A stretch of DNA of 63,752 bases, filler included, from Octopus bimaculoides (Eukaryota): the NCBI RefSeq assembly GCF_001194135.2. It is 3 parts of 3 records of this genome, joined end to end, with 100 filler letters (N's around TTAATTAATTAA, not from the genome) between each part and the next. Parts side by side here need not be neighbours in the genome. Positions count along the whole stretch, not along the records: positions 1 to 31,280 come from NC_068991.1; 2 more parts are not named here. One strand, written 5' to 3'. The stretch's first letter is position 1. Each line of letters begins with the position of its first letter. The notes under the pieces are model-generated. The model saw only the letters and a list, made by a program, of their open reading frames with translations, ran no database searches and was not told where the DNA came from. A program made the translations under genes and the position numbers. Shown one piece after another: positions 12,615 through 25,121 of this stretch.

Positions 12615-13250
12615 CTATTTTTTAAAAAATTTAAAAGTGCGAGTAGAGCAATGCACACAAGATACCCTAAGGTCTAATCTATTATTGATTAGATTAGGAT
12701 TGTTCCTAAGTTTAAAAATTTCATATATTTCCATAGAACACAATTCACATCCATATCTATTATTTCTATAAGGTTGAGCTTTTCTTATAATTTCCCATTT
12801 AAGGCTAAAATTAATACCATTATCTTTTAACTCCCAAATTTTACTTGCCAATGTCGTACTATTTGCCTTATGTCTAAGTCTAAACGATGACTTATGGTTA
12901 TATATTCTCTGATTCAGGTTAATACTGCATCCTATATAAATATAATTCTCTGTTATAGTACTAATGATGCATCTGTACACTACGTTACGGGTGCAACAAA
13001 ATCCAAATAAAGGACAATGGGACTTTTTTCTACAGTTGCACATGATGGGGTTATCAACCCCCACCTATATTATTTCTAATATCTCTATTATTATTATTAC
13101 TACAATTATTTACACTAATATCATTTATCAATTCTTCAATTCTAATATTAGGTATATATTGGCTATTACCATCATTATTTAATTCATATCCTGATGTGCT
13201 ATTAGTTGGACTTATTCTTTCCACATTAGGCATGTCGATATTATATGAAC
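12615..13250 (-). mobile_element. Penelope-like retroelement 3' part: Asn-rich linker plus GIY-YIG endonuclease (Naiad-like)
   Basis: The ORF 12615-13064 reads CNCR..CPL.G.C..NVVY....YIYIG....QR..NHKSSF...LASKIWELK...LKW.I..AQPY....CELC..E....CVH, which is a PLE GIY-YIG signature. An upstream open frame SYNIDMPNV... joins it through a 1-nt frameshift in a G run near 13058-13062. Confidence 0.85.
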
Positions 13251-14320
13251 NNNNNNNNNNNNNNNNNNNNNNNNNNNNNNNNNNNNNNNNNNNNNNNNNN
13301 NNNNNNNNNNNNNNNNNNNNNNNNNNNNNNNNNNNNNNNNNNNNNNNNNNNNNNNNNNNNNNNNNNNNNNNNNNNNNNNNNNNNNNNNNNNNNNNNNNNN
13401 NNNNNNNNNNNNNNNNNNNNNNNNNNNNNNNNNNNNNNNNNNNNNNNNNNNNNNNNNNNNNNNNNNNNNNNNNNNNNNNNNNNNNNNNNNNNNNNNNNNN
13501 NNNNNNNNNNNNNNNNNNNNNNNNNNNNNNNNNNNNNNNNNNNNNNNNNNNNNNNNNNNNNNNNNNNNNNNNNNNNNNNNNNNNNNNNNNNNNNNNNNNN
13601 NNNNNNNNNNNNNNNNNNNNNNNNNNNNNNNNNNNNNNNNNNNNNNNNATATATACCTATGTATATACATATGTATATATATCATGTATCTCTTAACATA
13701 TATGTTTTTGTAAATATATATTTAGTAAAATATATTTTAGCGTTTTCTGTAATGGCAATTTAAATATGACGGACCAGTTCATCATCAGATGCGTTCAAGA
13801 CGGGAGTTAATTCATATTTTCTATATATTGATATATTACATGATCCGTCTTGTTTATTTTTAACGCTTTTAACTATGTTTTTTTTTCTTTGGAATTGATG
13901 CGAACACTGCAAGATACGACGTTTCACGTACGCGTGTGTCTATATAAACAATGAGATCGACGACAGGGAAAATAGGTAATGGGTGGATATGAATATTTTG
14001 AGAGTTATTGCTCTTCCATCGTCACCACATCCAATACATCAAATATCCACGAATGTATTGCTTAAATACCCACGCAATATAGGATGCTACAATGTATATA
14101 TTAAGCAGATTTCTGGTAACAAGTACGTAAATATTAGTTGTTAACAAAGACACAGTATTTCGTTTTCCAACTATAACATACTACCAAGTTCATTTAAAGA
14201 TTTACACGTCAATACTTCATCTTATTTTTGTGATAGCAGTGCGATGTTTTTATTTGTTTAAGTTCATTTCTATGGATTTTCTACGGAATTCTGATGTCGC
14301 ATTGCAGGTTATGACGATAG

Positions 14321-14691
14321 TTGTTGGCACTCCGTCGCTTACGACGTCGAGGGTTCCGTTGATCCGATCAACAAAACAGCCTGCTCGTGAAATTAACGTG
14401 CAAGTGGCTGAGCACTCCACAGACACGTGTACTCTTAACATAGTTCTCGGGGATATCCAGCGTGACACAGTGTGGCAAGGCTGACCCTTTGAATTACAGG
14501 CACAACAGAAACAGCAAGTAAGAGTGAGAGAAAAAGTACAGCAGGGTTCACCATCATCCCCTGCCGGAGCCTAGTGGAGTTTTTAGGTGTTTTCGCTCAA
14601 CAAACAATCACAACGCCCGGTCTGGGAATCGAAAACGCGATCCTATGACCGCGAATCCGCTGCCCTAACCACTGGGCCATTGCGCCTCCAC
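14321..14691 (-). mobile_element. tRNA-derived SINE, family A, full length with target-site duplication
   Basis: The head has an A box (TGGCCCAGTGG) and a B-box-like TTTCGATTCC, and there is an (AAC) tail. The TSD-like flanks are tatgacgatag (14310-14320) and tacgacgatag (14692-14702). It is homologous to 58225-58609. Confidence 0.9.
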
Positions 14692-17600
14692 TACGACGAT
14701 AGAAAGAATAGGTAATGGGTGTATATGCGTATTTCACGAGTTATTACTCTTTCATCAGCACCACATACAACCCATCAATTATCCACGAACATATTACTTA
14801 TGCCTATTGCTTGAGATAATCTCTCTGTTACTTCAATCGATTGAAGCTTTCTCACTACGTTGTGATACGTACACTCGTATTATTCATACTTTTGTGCTGT
14901 TGTTTATCGTTGTCTCAGCTCTGATCAGCGGAAACTTTGTATACGGTATCGAGAAGGGGGCGTTTTGTGCTTCATTCATTCCACATATCAGAGAAATTTG
15001 AAGATTGTTTTGAATGATTGGAAGTAGATGTTTTGATAATTTCTATTTTTACAAATTGATCAGTTATGTGGCGATTCCATGCCAATATTAAGTAAGCTAA
15101 ATATTAATATTGACATCAGCTAATAGTATATTAGTTAACTATAATGTTCCCTCTTATGTCACTAAACCAACTCATGTGTATATCTAAGCAAAACATGGTA
15201 GGTCAATGGGATGCCACCAACGAGTTTTCTGTTATGTTGTGTATAACGATTAACACTCAATATGCTGTGTGTTGATAGAAGAAACAAGATTTCCGGCAAT
15301 TACCGTTTATAATAATTTCCATGAACTATGAGTCTTGGATAACAACATCCAACCTATCATTTAAGAAGGCAGTACAATGTAATTCGAAGGAGATTTGGCT
15401 GATATTTCTATTTAATAGATGCAGACTATAAATGCTCCTTTGTTAGCTTGTAATGGCTCGAGAGAAAATTTGGTTGGTGGCGGCACTACATTACTGAATA
15501 TTGATTGAAAATATTTGCGTGAAGACGAAGAGATATATCTCTCTATTTGCATAAGAGATATTGTTGTGCCGGTGTCATATTCCATTTAACACATACAGCG
15601 GATTGAGTTTACTATTCAAATGCAATGTAGTCTGGCATGCACAGATGATTGATGAATACATTGATCTCAATACAACTTTAAATCCGAAGTTCTATGGCGA
15701 ACATCGTCTATGTATATTAAATTCTTGTTTACACCATCTAATGTTTTCATAAGTTTTGCCTTTTTTACTTCAAGTTTTGCCTTTTTTACTTCAAAACCTT
15801 ATGTAAATTAAACATAAAAGGAAAATCATACCCGTTCTTTATCGTAAGGTTCCCCAATCTGTTTGAAATAGAAAACGGCTGATTCTGTAAATGAAGTTTG
15901 TCAATATATACCTGGTAGAAAACCTGGACAGCAATTTCCATAACTTTGATTATATTTAGGCTAATAAAGTAAATTTGATCTCAAAGAAGAACGTCCAAGA
16001 GAAGAACCTATTATCTATTCTACGGACTAAATCTTTCAAGACAATGGATTAATCCGTAAAATGTAAGCTATTAAGTCTTGTATTCTCTTCTGATTTCATT
16101 TTATGCCTTGAGTTCAAATCCATAATGTTTTCATTCTGCGTTAACAGACCGATAAAAATTAGCAGTCGATTCAACTCGGAAATGAGGCGTTATAAACGAT
16201 TATACCTCAAAAGATGGTAACACTCAGCCATGGCCTCAGTTATATTTGACTCGATACCTTCCTCTTTTAGTTCACTTTCCGTTCTCTTACTGTTTGTGTC
16301 TTCAAATGTTACTTCATTATCCACATTTTTCGCATTTTTTGGTCCATATTGATATCAGTCAATTCCTTTGTTCATTTCCTCTCTCTAATAATAGTTATCG
16401 CATCAGGTTAACTTTTCTTTATAGTGTTTATTTTGTAGTTCTTATCTAAACTTCACATAGTTTTTTAAATGATTGTTTAGAAGCACTTCGTAATACTAAT
16501 GCCAACATTCAGAATATGGTATCTGGAAATAATATATTTCGCCAAACTATAAATGCGTAATGTCAGGTGAACTTGATTAACTTGATTATAGAGATCTGAA
16601 AGAAAAGAAAACTATAAAAGTATATGGAAATATTAATATGTCTGCTTCAATAGAAATGGAGCTTAAACAGTATGACATTGGATGACGGTAATTCAACTTC
16701 AACAATGGTTTTAATTAGGGAGAACAAACAGGATATAACGTGCAGCCTTCTTGGTGTGGTTTGTCTTTCTTCCATAGAATCGCTATGGCTTCTTTAATTT
16801 AGTAGCTGAAGAACGTTACAGGTTTCAAATTCTGTAAACGTATTTAATATTAGTTAATAGAAATGGTATAGGATATCTGTATGGATGGATATAAATGTGA
16901 GTAAGATGTTCCAAATATGAATATACAGGTGATGTCTAAGCATTGTTATTATTATTAGTGCATTGCTGCAGAACATAATAGGAAATTCTATTTAGATAAT
17001 TATAGCTATTATATTGTCCATGTTTTCTCTGGTAACTCTTTAGTGTTCAGTGGATTTCATGTATAATTCTTAGAATGTTTCTATAAAGGCCAATAAACAT
17101 TGCACTGAACGTCCAATCCTCACTTAATGTTCGCTAAATGTCTCCATTTACCTTTCCTTCAGGTTCGACTCATACGTGTCTAGCCTCTTTTCTTTAGGTA
17201 GTTTGATTCCTTGTGCAATTTCAAATGATGGTATATATGCGGTTATTGATTAACAACCTTCATGTTCTTGAGATTAGACTTAGATTTAATCCAGCTGATC
17301 CAAATGGGACACAAGTGCTACATAATTTTATTGACCGCGGTGATAGTTATTTCATTCAGAATATTTTCTCCCTCAAGACCTGATTGTTCTACTACTGCAC
17401 ATTTGCTGAAGCAAAATCTAAAAATTTTATTCTACGGAAAATCCTAAGTTTACCATTTAATAATTCAACCTTTAACCATTTCTTTCTACGAATACTACAC
17501 TAATTATCTCTTCAAATATAAAATACTTGGTTGCCACTTTCAGGTGTTATTCTTTGTGAACGCAAAGAAATGCGTGTAAATATTACAATGTGTATTCCAA

Positions 17601-17815
17601 GATATGCTTACATTCATAGTTTCTCTGTCCTGAAGTAATAAAGATAGCTTAATAGTCATGTCGTTCTCAGGTCAGTATAAATACAGAGGATTTGGGGAAA
17701 GTAGTTTTCATGTAAGATTCAAGATATGTTAGTGAGGTTTCTTTGCTTGAACCGAACACACACACTCAAGTAGTACTTATGTATGTTTGCATGCATGTAT
17801 GTATATATATATATA

Positions 17816-17864
<49 letters not shown>

Positions 17865-18044
17865 TGGCAAGAAAGTAATTTCGTTTTTCGCAAGTAGATA
17901 GAGTTACGATTTTTTGAATGACTTTTATCAATGTTATGATTTTTTTTCCTTTTGACATTTGGTAGCCGTTACTTTTAGCATACTTTAGAAACAAATTGCG
18001 CTTAATTTCTTTTTTACAGCTGTTAGTTCAGTGTCTATCTTGAC

Positions 18045-18694
18045 ATGGAATGCAAAAACGAACATTTTCACCATATTTTGCATTTTTTTTTATTTGTGTA
18101 AAGGCCAAAAAGCTGTTGAGGCTCATAAAGAGATATTTGAAGTGTATGGTGCTGATTGCTTAACTGAAAGGACATATAAGAAATAGTTTAAAAACTTCCC
18201 TTCTGGAGATTTTTCACTCAAAGATGATCAATGTACTGGTCGACTTACTGAAGTTGATGATAGAATAAAAGCCATCATTGAATTCGATTGTCATATAACT
18301 GTGCGAGAGATTGCAGAGACAACAATTGAAAATCACTTAAGATATCTTGGACTCCTTAAGAACCTCGATATATGGGTTTTACTTAAATTGAAAGAGATTC
18401 ACTTAACACAACGAATCAATATTTCTGATATGCATCTCAAACACAATGAAATTGACCTTTTTGAAACGAATCATCACTGGTGACGAAATATAGATTGTGT
18501 ACAATAGCATCAATCGAAAACGATCATGGACTAAGCTTAATGAACCAGCACAAAACATATCGAAATCTGAATTGCGTCTAAAAAAGGCTATGCTGTCCAT
18601 TCGGTGGAATTACAAAGGTCTGTTTATTTTCAGGCGTTTCCAAGAACCCAAACGATCAATTCAGGTGCTTACTCTCGACAACTAATGAAGTTAG
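18045..18694 (+). mobile_element. Mariner transposase pseudogene (N-terminal half to first catalytic D)
   Basis: MECKNEHF..EVYG..LTERT....F.SGDFSLKDD..TGR (HTH region), then DIWV..L, FLKRIITGDE and KKAMLSIRWNYKG. It carries stops and frameshifts. Confidence 0.9.
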
Positions 18695-18769
18695 ATGTAT
18701 GTATGCACGTGTATATATATATATATACGTGCATACATACATGCATGCATGCATGCATACATACATACA

Positions 18770-18803
<34 letters not shown>

Positions 18804-18915
18804 CTTTGATTGCTTGCTCTAGTTTCATTAGTTGTCGAGAGTAAGCACCTGAATTGATCGTTTGGCTTCTTGGAAGCGCCTGAAAATAAACAGACCTTTG
18901 TAATTCCACCAAATG

Positions 18916-18950
<35 letters not shown>

Positions 18951-18952
<2 letters not shown>

Positions 18953-19195
18953 TGCAGGAGTGGCTGTGTGGTAAGAAGCTTGCATCCCAATCACGTGGTT
19001 CCGCACCTTGGCCAAATGTCTGCGACTATACCTTCGGGATGACCAAAGCTTTGAGAGTGTTCACTAGAAGAAACCGAAAAAATAGGTATCAAGATTTAAA
19101 ATTAAGTACTGGAGTTGATTCCTTCGACTAAAATTTCAATGCGGTACTCCCTTCAAGATGGCTGCAGTTTAATGATTGAGACAAGTAAAAGATAA
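18951..19195 (+). mobile_element. tRNA-derived SINE, family B (internally deleted)
   Basis: The head ggtgcaggagtggctgtgtggtaagaagcttgc matches 61162. The 3' end is gatggctgcagtttaatgattgagacaagtaaaaga. Confidence 0.75.
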
Positions 19196-19810
19196 TATAT
19201 ANNNNNNNNNNNNNNNNNNNNNNNNNNNNNNNNNNNNNNNNNNNNNNNNNNNNNNNNNNNNNNNNNNNNNNNNNNNNNNNNNNNNNNNNNNNNNNNNNNN
19301 NNNNNNNNNNNNNNNNNNNNNNNNNNNNNNNNNNNNNNNNNNNNNNNNNNNNNNNNNNNNNNNNNNNNNNNNNNNNNNNNNNNNNNNNNNNNNNNNNNNN
19401 NNNNNNNNNNNNNNNNNNNNNNNNNNNNNNNNNNNNNNNNNNNNNNNNNNNNNNNNNNNNNNNNNNNNNNNNNNNNNNNNNNNNNNNNNNNNNTTATATT
19501 CTTGTAAAATTTATGTGGGATATAGAATATGGAATATATAATATATAATATAAAAAAAGATGGATGGTACAATGAAATGAAGTATTGAATGTCTTATTGA
19601 ATATATGAAATATTGAGTGTTCAATATAAAGGATTAAGACATATTCCATATATTCAATAAGACATTCAATACTTCATTTCATTGTACCATCCATATTTTT
19701 TTATATTATATATTATATATTCCATATTCTATATCCCACATAAATTTTACAAGAATATAAATAAAAAACATAAAAAACAGACAGAGTTGGAACTCTTTTA
19801 AATAAAATGA

Positions 19811-19847
<37 letters not shown>

Positions 19848-19869
19848 GTATGTATAGTCATACGTACTT

Positions 19870-22000
19870 TCATCTAGAAGTTTATGAAACAAGACGATGG
19901 AATGATCCACCTTTAATTACGTTTCACGAATGTATTTAAAATAACTGATCCAACAGTTATATATACCCATCTAAATCGGACGTAGGTCGGAAAAGTAAAG
20001 CTATTACAGATAGACTATTACCAACTTAGACACACGATTAAGCTTACGCCCTGGTCTGACAGATTAAATACTTTTGGTTGGTTTAATAGCTTGGAAAATA
20101 AAAAGAGAGGTAAGTTTATACAACTTCATATGTCTAATAACAACTTTTCCTCTGTCAATCTAATATTGTTTAATAAGGCACGTATATTCACCAAACGGAA
20201 CTGCAATTTATCAAAACATGAATTAAATATTATAGTAGCTGTTCGTAGTAGAATAATTGATTACGATAATAAGCTATGGATAAGATCAACTAGAATGGAT
20301 TGTTCCGACATAATGATGGGATCAAACGTTTCATCACAGGTCACTATTATCGTCAATACCTATTTTATTTTCTAGATGGAATCCTGGTTTTATGCATAAG
20401 TATTGTATGCATAAGTTGTAGTATATAGGGATAATGCTTTTTTCTGGTAGAAAGTGTAAATGGAAAAATATAAAACATTGCTTAAATTCTTCAAAAATTC
20501 AGGACTATCCATAACAATTGAAAATTACCATAAAGTAAAGAAAATACCGTATATGTTACTCTTAACTTGAACACAGGGCTTATTGAACCATTCCAGAAAC
20601 CAAAAGAGAATCTAAGATATGTAAATAAACATTCCAATTATCCGCGTTGCAATTTAAAAATTATAGGCGAAAAGCGTATCCAATAGAATTTCCAGGTTAT
20701 CAGTTGATGAAATAATATTTAATTCACACGCACACTGGCCAATGCTGGATACAGTTAAAGAATTATGTATGCGCGTAACAATAATATAACCAATCTATAT
20801 AAAAATGGAAATAAAGAAAAAGAGAAAAGATGTATAGATAAGTATACTAGTGAACATAAATTGGGTGTAAATATTAGGGTTGGTTTTGCTAAAGGAAAAC
20901 ATGTAAATCTAGAATCAGAACCTAATAATCAAATAAAAATAAATACAATAATAATGAAGACAGTAGGAAGACATTTGGAAATAGGATATTCCAATTGGAA
21001 TAATTCTATTAAGAACGACAATGATTAAACTAAATCTAATAATAAATCGATTAAAGGTAGCATTTTATTGCTTAATCCATTGTTCGGATTAGAAGTAGCA
21101 TCTAAAACTGCTGGTGAAGTTTTCTCTGCGCTAGATAGACATTTCCCTGAATATAATATGTATTATAAGGTTTTTACCAGATATGTGGTGAAATTGTATT
21201 ATGCCTCATCAAATAACCTTGAATACCCTTTTGATTAACTAAACAATAGGAAGCTGAATATGGCAAGAGTAAAATCTAAAAACACCTACGCTATTTCGGG
21301 TAGCGTAGAACCAGGGACTAAGGAAGTCAATAATGCTGGGTGGGAGCGAAATCATGACAATCTTGATGTGTCTTATATAAGTATAAATACCTTCGTTAGC
21401 CTAGATCATAGCAGAAACAATAGGAAGAGGATAAATGCTAATAATTTTAGTACTGTGAATAACAACAATGAGAATAATATAATTAAATATAGTAATAATA
21501 ACGACAATAATTATCACAATAACAAAAAAGAAAGAAAAACGAATAGGACAAGAAGAAACCTGGTTGAAAATGATAATATAAAAAGTGCAGTTGTAGAGAT
21601 AATAATACATATTCTTAGGTGATCGATTATTTATGTACAATTAGAAAATGTGGGTGGATTGTAAAAACGAGTTAATATACATATGTATATTTAGGCACAA
21701 CTAGCGTCAGCTTCAAGGATCGCTGGACGAAACACGCAATATTATTTTCTGAGAGTTGCAAGAGACAATGTAAATCACCCCCAAACCTTCTATGGAACAT
21801 CAAACAAAATAGAAATTCATTACAACATCACTTGGTTGGCTACGAAATGGGAAACCCAATAACGCATAATCAAGAGTATGCATTCTGTACCTGGCAGAGA
21901 TTCTTGAAATATTGGGTCAACCCATACATAATACGTTTTTTCAATTGCATGAACTAAAAGTCAGAGGGGGCAGATAAACCACCTGCTTCAACTTGCTATT
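19870..22000 (+). mobile_element. Decayed Penelope-like retroelement: RT, linker and GIY-YIG (Naiad-like)
   Basis: Ordered degenerate motifs: PSKSDVGRKSK; WFNSLENK.GKFIQ; DIMMGS; VYRDNA; GLSITIE; VTLNLNTG..PFQKP...YVNKHSNYP; SNRISRLS; NAGY; LLNPLFG..DRHFP..KVFTR..VKLYY; YLGTTSVSFKDRWTKH; CILYLAE. There are many stops and frameshifts. Confidence 0.85.
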
Positions 22001-22097
22001 AAAGCAGCTAGTAATTATACCTTTTATTTATTATTAGTGCAAGTTTTCAAGAGTTCAGTTCGATTTTAACAGTTATTGCTTCAAAGCTATAAAGGTA

Positions 22098-22820
22098 GTG
22101 ACAAAGGAGCATATTCGGCATATTTTCCTTTATGAGTTCAATAAAGACAACAACGCAACAGAACGTGCAAATAATATTAATGCACCATATGAGAATCGGA
22201 CAGTAAGCGTAAAACATTGACAACGGTGGTTTTAGAAATTCCTAGCTGGAAACTACAGCCTAGAAGATGAGCCTCATCCTGGAAAATTTGTAGAGCTCGA
22301 AGATAAGCTTGGATTTGGTCATTCAGGCATTCATCGCCACCTGTGTGCCATCCGAAAAGTCAGCAAATTGGGTTAATGGGTTTCTCACAAACTTTCCAAG
22401 TCTAATCGCGCGCTGTTAGTGATTGTGTGTTCTTCTTTGCTGCCACGTCTTACGAATGAACTTTTTTTGGACTGAATAGTGACTGGTAACGAGAAATGGG
22501 TTGTCTATAAAAATCTCAAGCGCCGAAGACATTGAGTAGGAAAAGGAGAAACACCGTCACCACAGGCTGAAGAAGGTGTTCATCAACGTAAGATGTTATT
22601 AATTGTTTGGTGGACTATGAAATGTTTAGTTCACTTTGAACTTTTAAACCCGAACCAAAACGATAACAAAGGAGATCTAGTGCGAGCAGATTGAGGAGCT
22701 TAAGTAAGCGCTCGAAGAAAAACGACCATCTTTGTCTTCAAGACGAAATGTTTTCTTCCATCAGCATAATAATCGGCTACATAAAACGAGGATGACATTC
22801 CCAAGGCTGGAGACGTTTAA
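22098..22820 (+). mobile_element. Mariner transposase pseudogene
   Basis: EHIRHIFLYEFNK..A; RWF.KF.AGNYSLEDEP; WVSHKLS; IVTGNEKWVVY.N.KRR; KMLLIVWW..K.LVHFELL; EEKRPSL..R.VFFHQHNNR.H. It has stops and an internal deletion. Confidence 0.9.
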
Positions 22821-23404
22821 AAGTACATGCCTCGAGCAGTTTAAAAGTATATACCTTCTCGCTGAGAGATTTTAATCTAATTCAGTTCTAGGATGAGAAC
22901 CTAGGTTCGAAATTCCCCATCTTTAACAAATCCAAAAGCAGCGCGTGCGGCTTCCAGCTGATCACTATATTTGTAAACGAAATTCACCAGTATACTATCG
23001 TCTACGGGGGTAGAAGGGTGCGTCCGATATCTCCGATGCCAACCATATGAAGGTATATCAGAATAATTTGACAAACAGCATGACTCTGGACGAATCTCTC
23101 GTCACAGAGTACCATGTCGTAGAAATATGAATCTGGATTCAGCTGAACCTCTATATGCTAGTGCCATCAGAAAATGATATAATACACCGAATCTAGTGAA
23201 AATATTATTCCACTCAAAATTGCAAACGAGAAGTGTTTACATGTGAACACCTAGTGTACTTCAGAATAGTGAAGGTGTTCAATCTGTCAAAAAGAAACAC
23301 ATCTTGTGTTACTAAACACGGTGATCTAAGGTTAAATGTTTAAACGCAACGTGAGAGGAGAGTTCAATGTTATTTTAATGGTGTGTGCACTTATGTTAAA
23401 CCAC

Positions 23405-23480
<76 letters not shown>
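23405..23480. repeat. (ATCT)n microsatellite
   Basis: Direct inspection. Similar tracts occur at 40915-41005 and 47665-47697. Confidence 0.95.
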
Positions 23481-24139
23481 ATAGCTATATATATANNNNN
23501 NNNNNNNNNNNNNNNNNNNNNNNNNNNNNNNNNNNNNNNNNNNNNNNNNNNNNNNNNNNNNNNNNNNNNNNNNNNNNNNNNNNNNNNNNNNNNNNNNNNN
23601 NNNNNNNNNNNNNNNNNNNNNNNNNNNNNNNNNNNNNNNNNNNNNNNNNNNNNNNNNNNNNNNNNNNNNNNNNNNNNNNNNNNNNNNNNNNNNNNNNNNN
23701 NNNNNNNNNNNNNNNNNNNNNNNNNNNNNNNNNNNNNNNNNNNNNNNNNNNNNNNNNNNNNNNNNNNNNNNNNNNNNNNNNNNNNNNNNNNNNNNNNNNN
23801 NNNNNNNNNNNNNNNNNNNNNNNNNNNNNNNNNNNNNNNNNNNNNNNNNNNNNNNNNNNNNNNNNNNNNNNNNNNNNNNNNNNNNNNNNNNNNNNTTCAA
23901 ACTATTTTCAGCAAAATAAAAATAATTGGCCAGGCCAGCTATCATCCGCAGGAAAGCCAAGATCAACATATAAACCCGAGGCACTACATAGAACAGGGCT
24001 CTCTCTTATGTGTTTAAATGTACGTTGTATGTGTTTATATGAATATTATATAGTCTATTGACTAGTTTTTTTCTTCTTGATAGACCACTGGTAGCAAAAA
24101 GAATTTCTAATTTTTTTGCTAACCTGAGAATTATTGATA

Positions 24140-24170
<31 letters not shown>

Positions 24171-24192
24171 CGTATGTGTGTGTGTGTGTGTA

Positions 24193-24223
<31 letters not shown>

Positions 24224-25121
24224 TTGTCACAAAAGAAAGGGTGGTGTTTCAACGCAGGAAAAAATATACGAAAATGTGTTGTTGATAATGCACCTAAATT
24301 TCAAAAACTTGTAACTGTTTAAAATACATTTATTTACATATATACCAAACTAATTTCAATATTATTTTTTGTTTATCAATGGTAAAAGTTTTCAATTAGA
24401 AAAACATCTTTAAAAGTTTCAGTGTTGACAAATTAAAATGTTTCAACGTTGATAAATTAACATTTTCAAAACAAAAGGTGTAAGTTTGAATGTTCACAGC
24501 AGTCAATATAATTAAAACTGTATATCAATTTGTTTGAATATACAAAGTTCATCTAATTTAGTGGTGGTCGGCAAGTCATACTGAAAAAAAAAAAATCAAG
24601 TGTGAAATGAAAATAGTAAAAAAAATGGAATTTGGTTTACAGTTTCTCTGATCCTCTTCTTAGAGACGCGTTTGCTTGTAATGGTATGTTGTGGGATAAG
24701 ATGAATTTAGGATTTTTTTCCGCGGGCAGATCTGATTCTTGATTAGTTAAGATACTGATGACGTTTTTTTTCATGGTAAAGCTTGTCGTTCTGCTTGGTT
24801 GATTTCCTTGTGGATACGGTCATAAATCGTTCCGGTTGGTTGGTTCTCTTAAAGGGTCATTTCATTGTATTCGCTGAAGTTCGGTTTTGATTGGTCTGGA
24901 ATTAGGTGACGGCAGCAAATGGTGTTTGTAGAATTTCATTGGACGGGAGGTGGGTGACGTCGGCAACTGGTGTTTCTATGGTAATTTGGAGTTGCGGTTT
25001 CGGAACCCGGGTGGAAGATTGTTACTAAAGTTATTTTATTTAAATTTTGTTGCTCCTAGTAGTTTTTTTTTTAGTTGAAATTGAGTTTTTTGCCTTTTCG
25101 TTTTACTACTTTTTCTTCTTT

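Noticed and set aside
12615-13064. Selenocysteine recoding, as reported for some Naiad PLEs
   Set aside because: There is no in-frame TGA in the endonuclease frame and no SECIS was recognised.
13765-13800. Minus-strand ctgatga followed by a tga/tca stem
   Set aside because: No GAAA follows the stem.
14600-14690. tRNA gene calls for SINE heads (also 30061, 58520 and 61162)
   Set aside because: A/B boxes are present, but they continue into SINE bodies and lack a full cloverleaf and terminator.
17150-17410. Minus-strand segment with a good acceptor and donor
   Set aside because: There are stops in all three frames between the sites.
21705-21745. gatcgctggacgaaacacgc as a hammerhead GAAAC arm
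   Set aside because: There is no CUGANGA core upstream. The stretch is PLE endonuclease coding sequence (FKDRWTKH).
22830-23320. Non-repetitive minus-strand segment with AARAAFGFVKDGEF, faintly like a tyrosine-recombinase box
   Set aside because: The catalytic Arg is absent, there are stops, and the similarity is too weak without a search.
24632-24675. Possible decayed hammerhead in the 3' UTR of the 25122-26262 PLE (minus: ctaagaagaggatcagagaaactgta)
   Set aside because: The position is suggestive, but the core lacks G5 and stems I and II do not pair.
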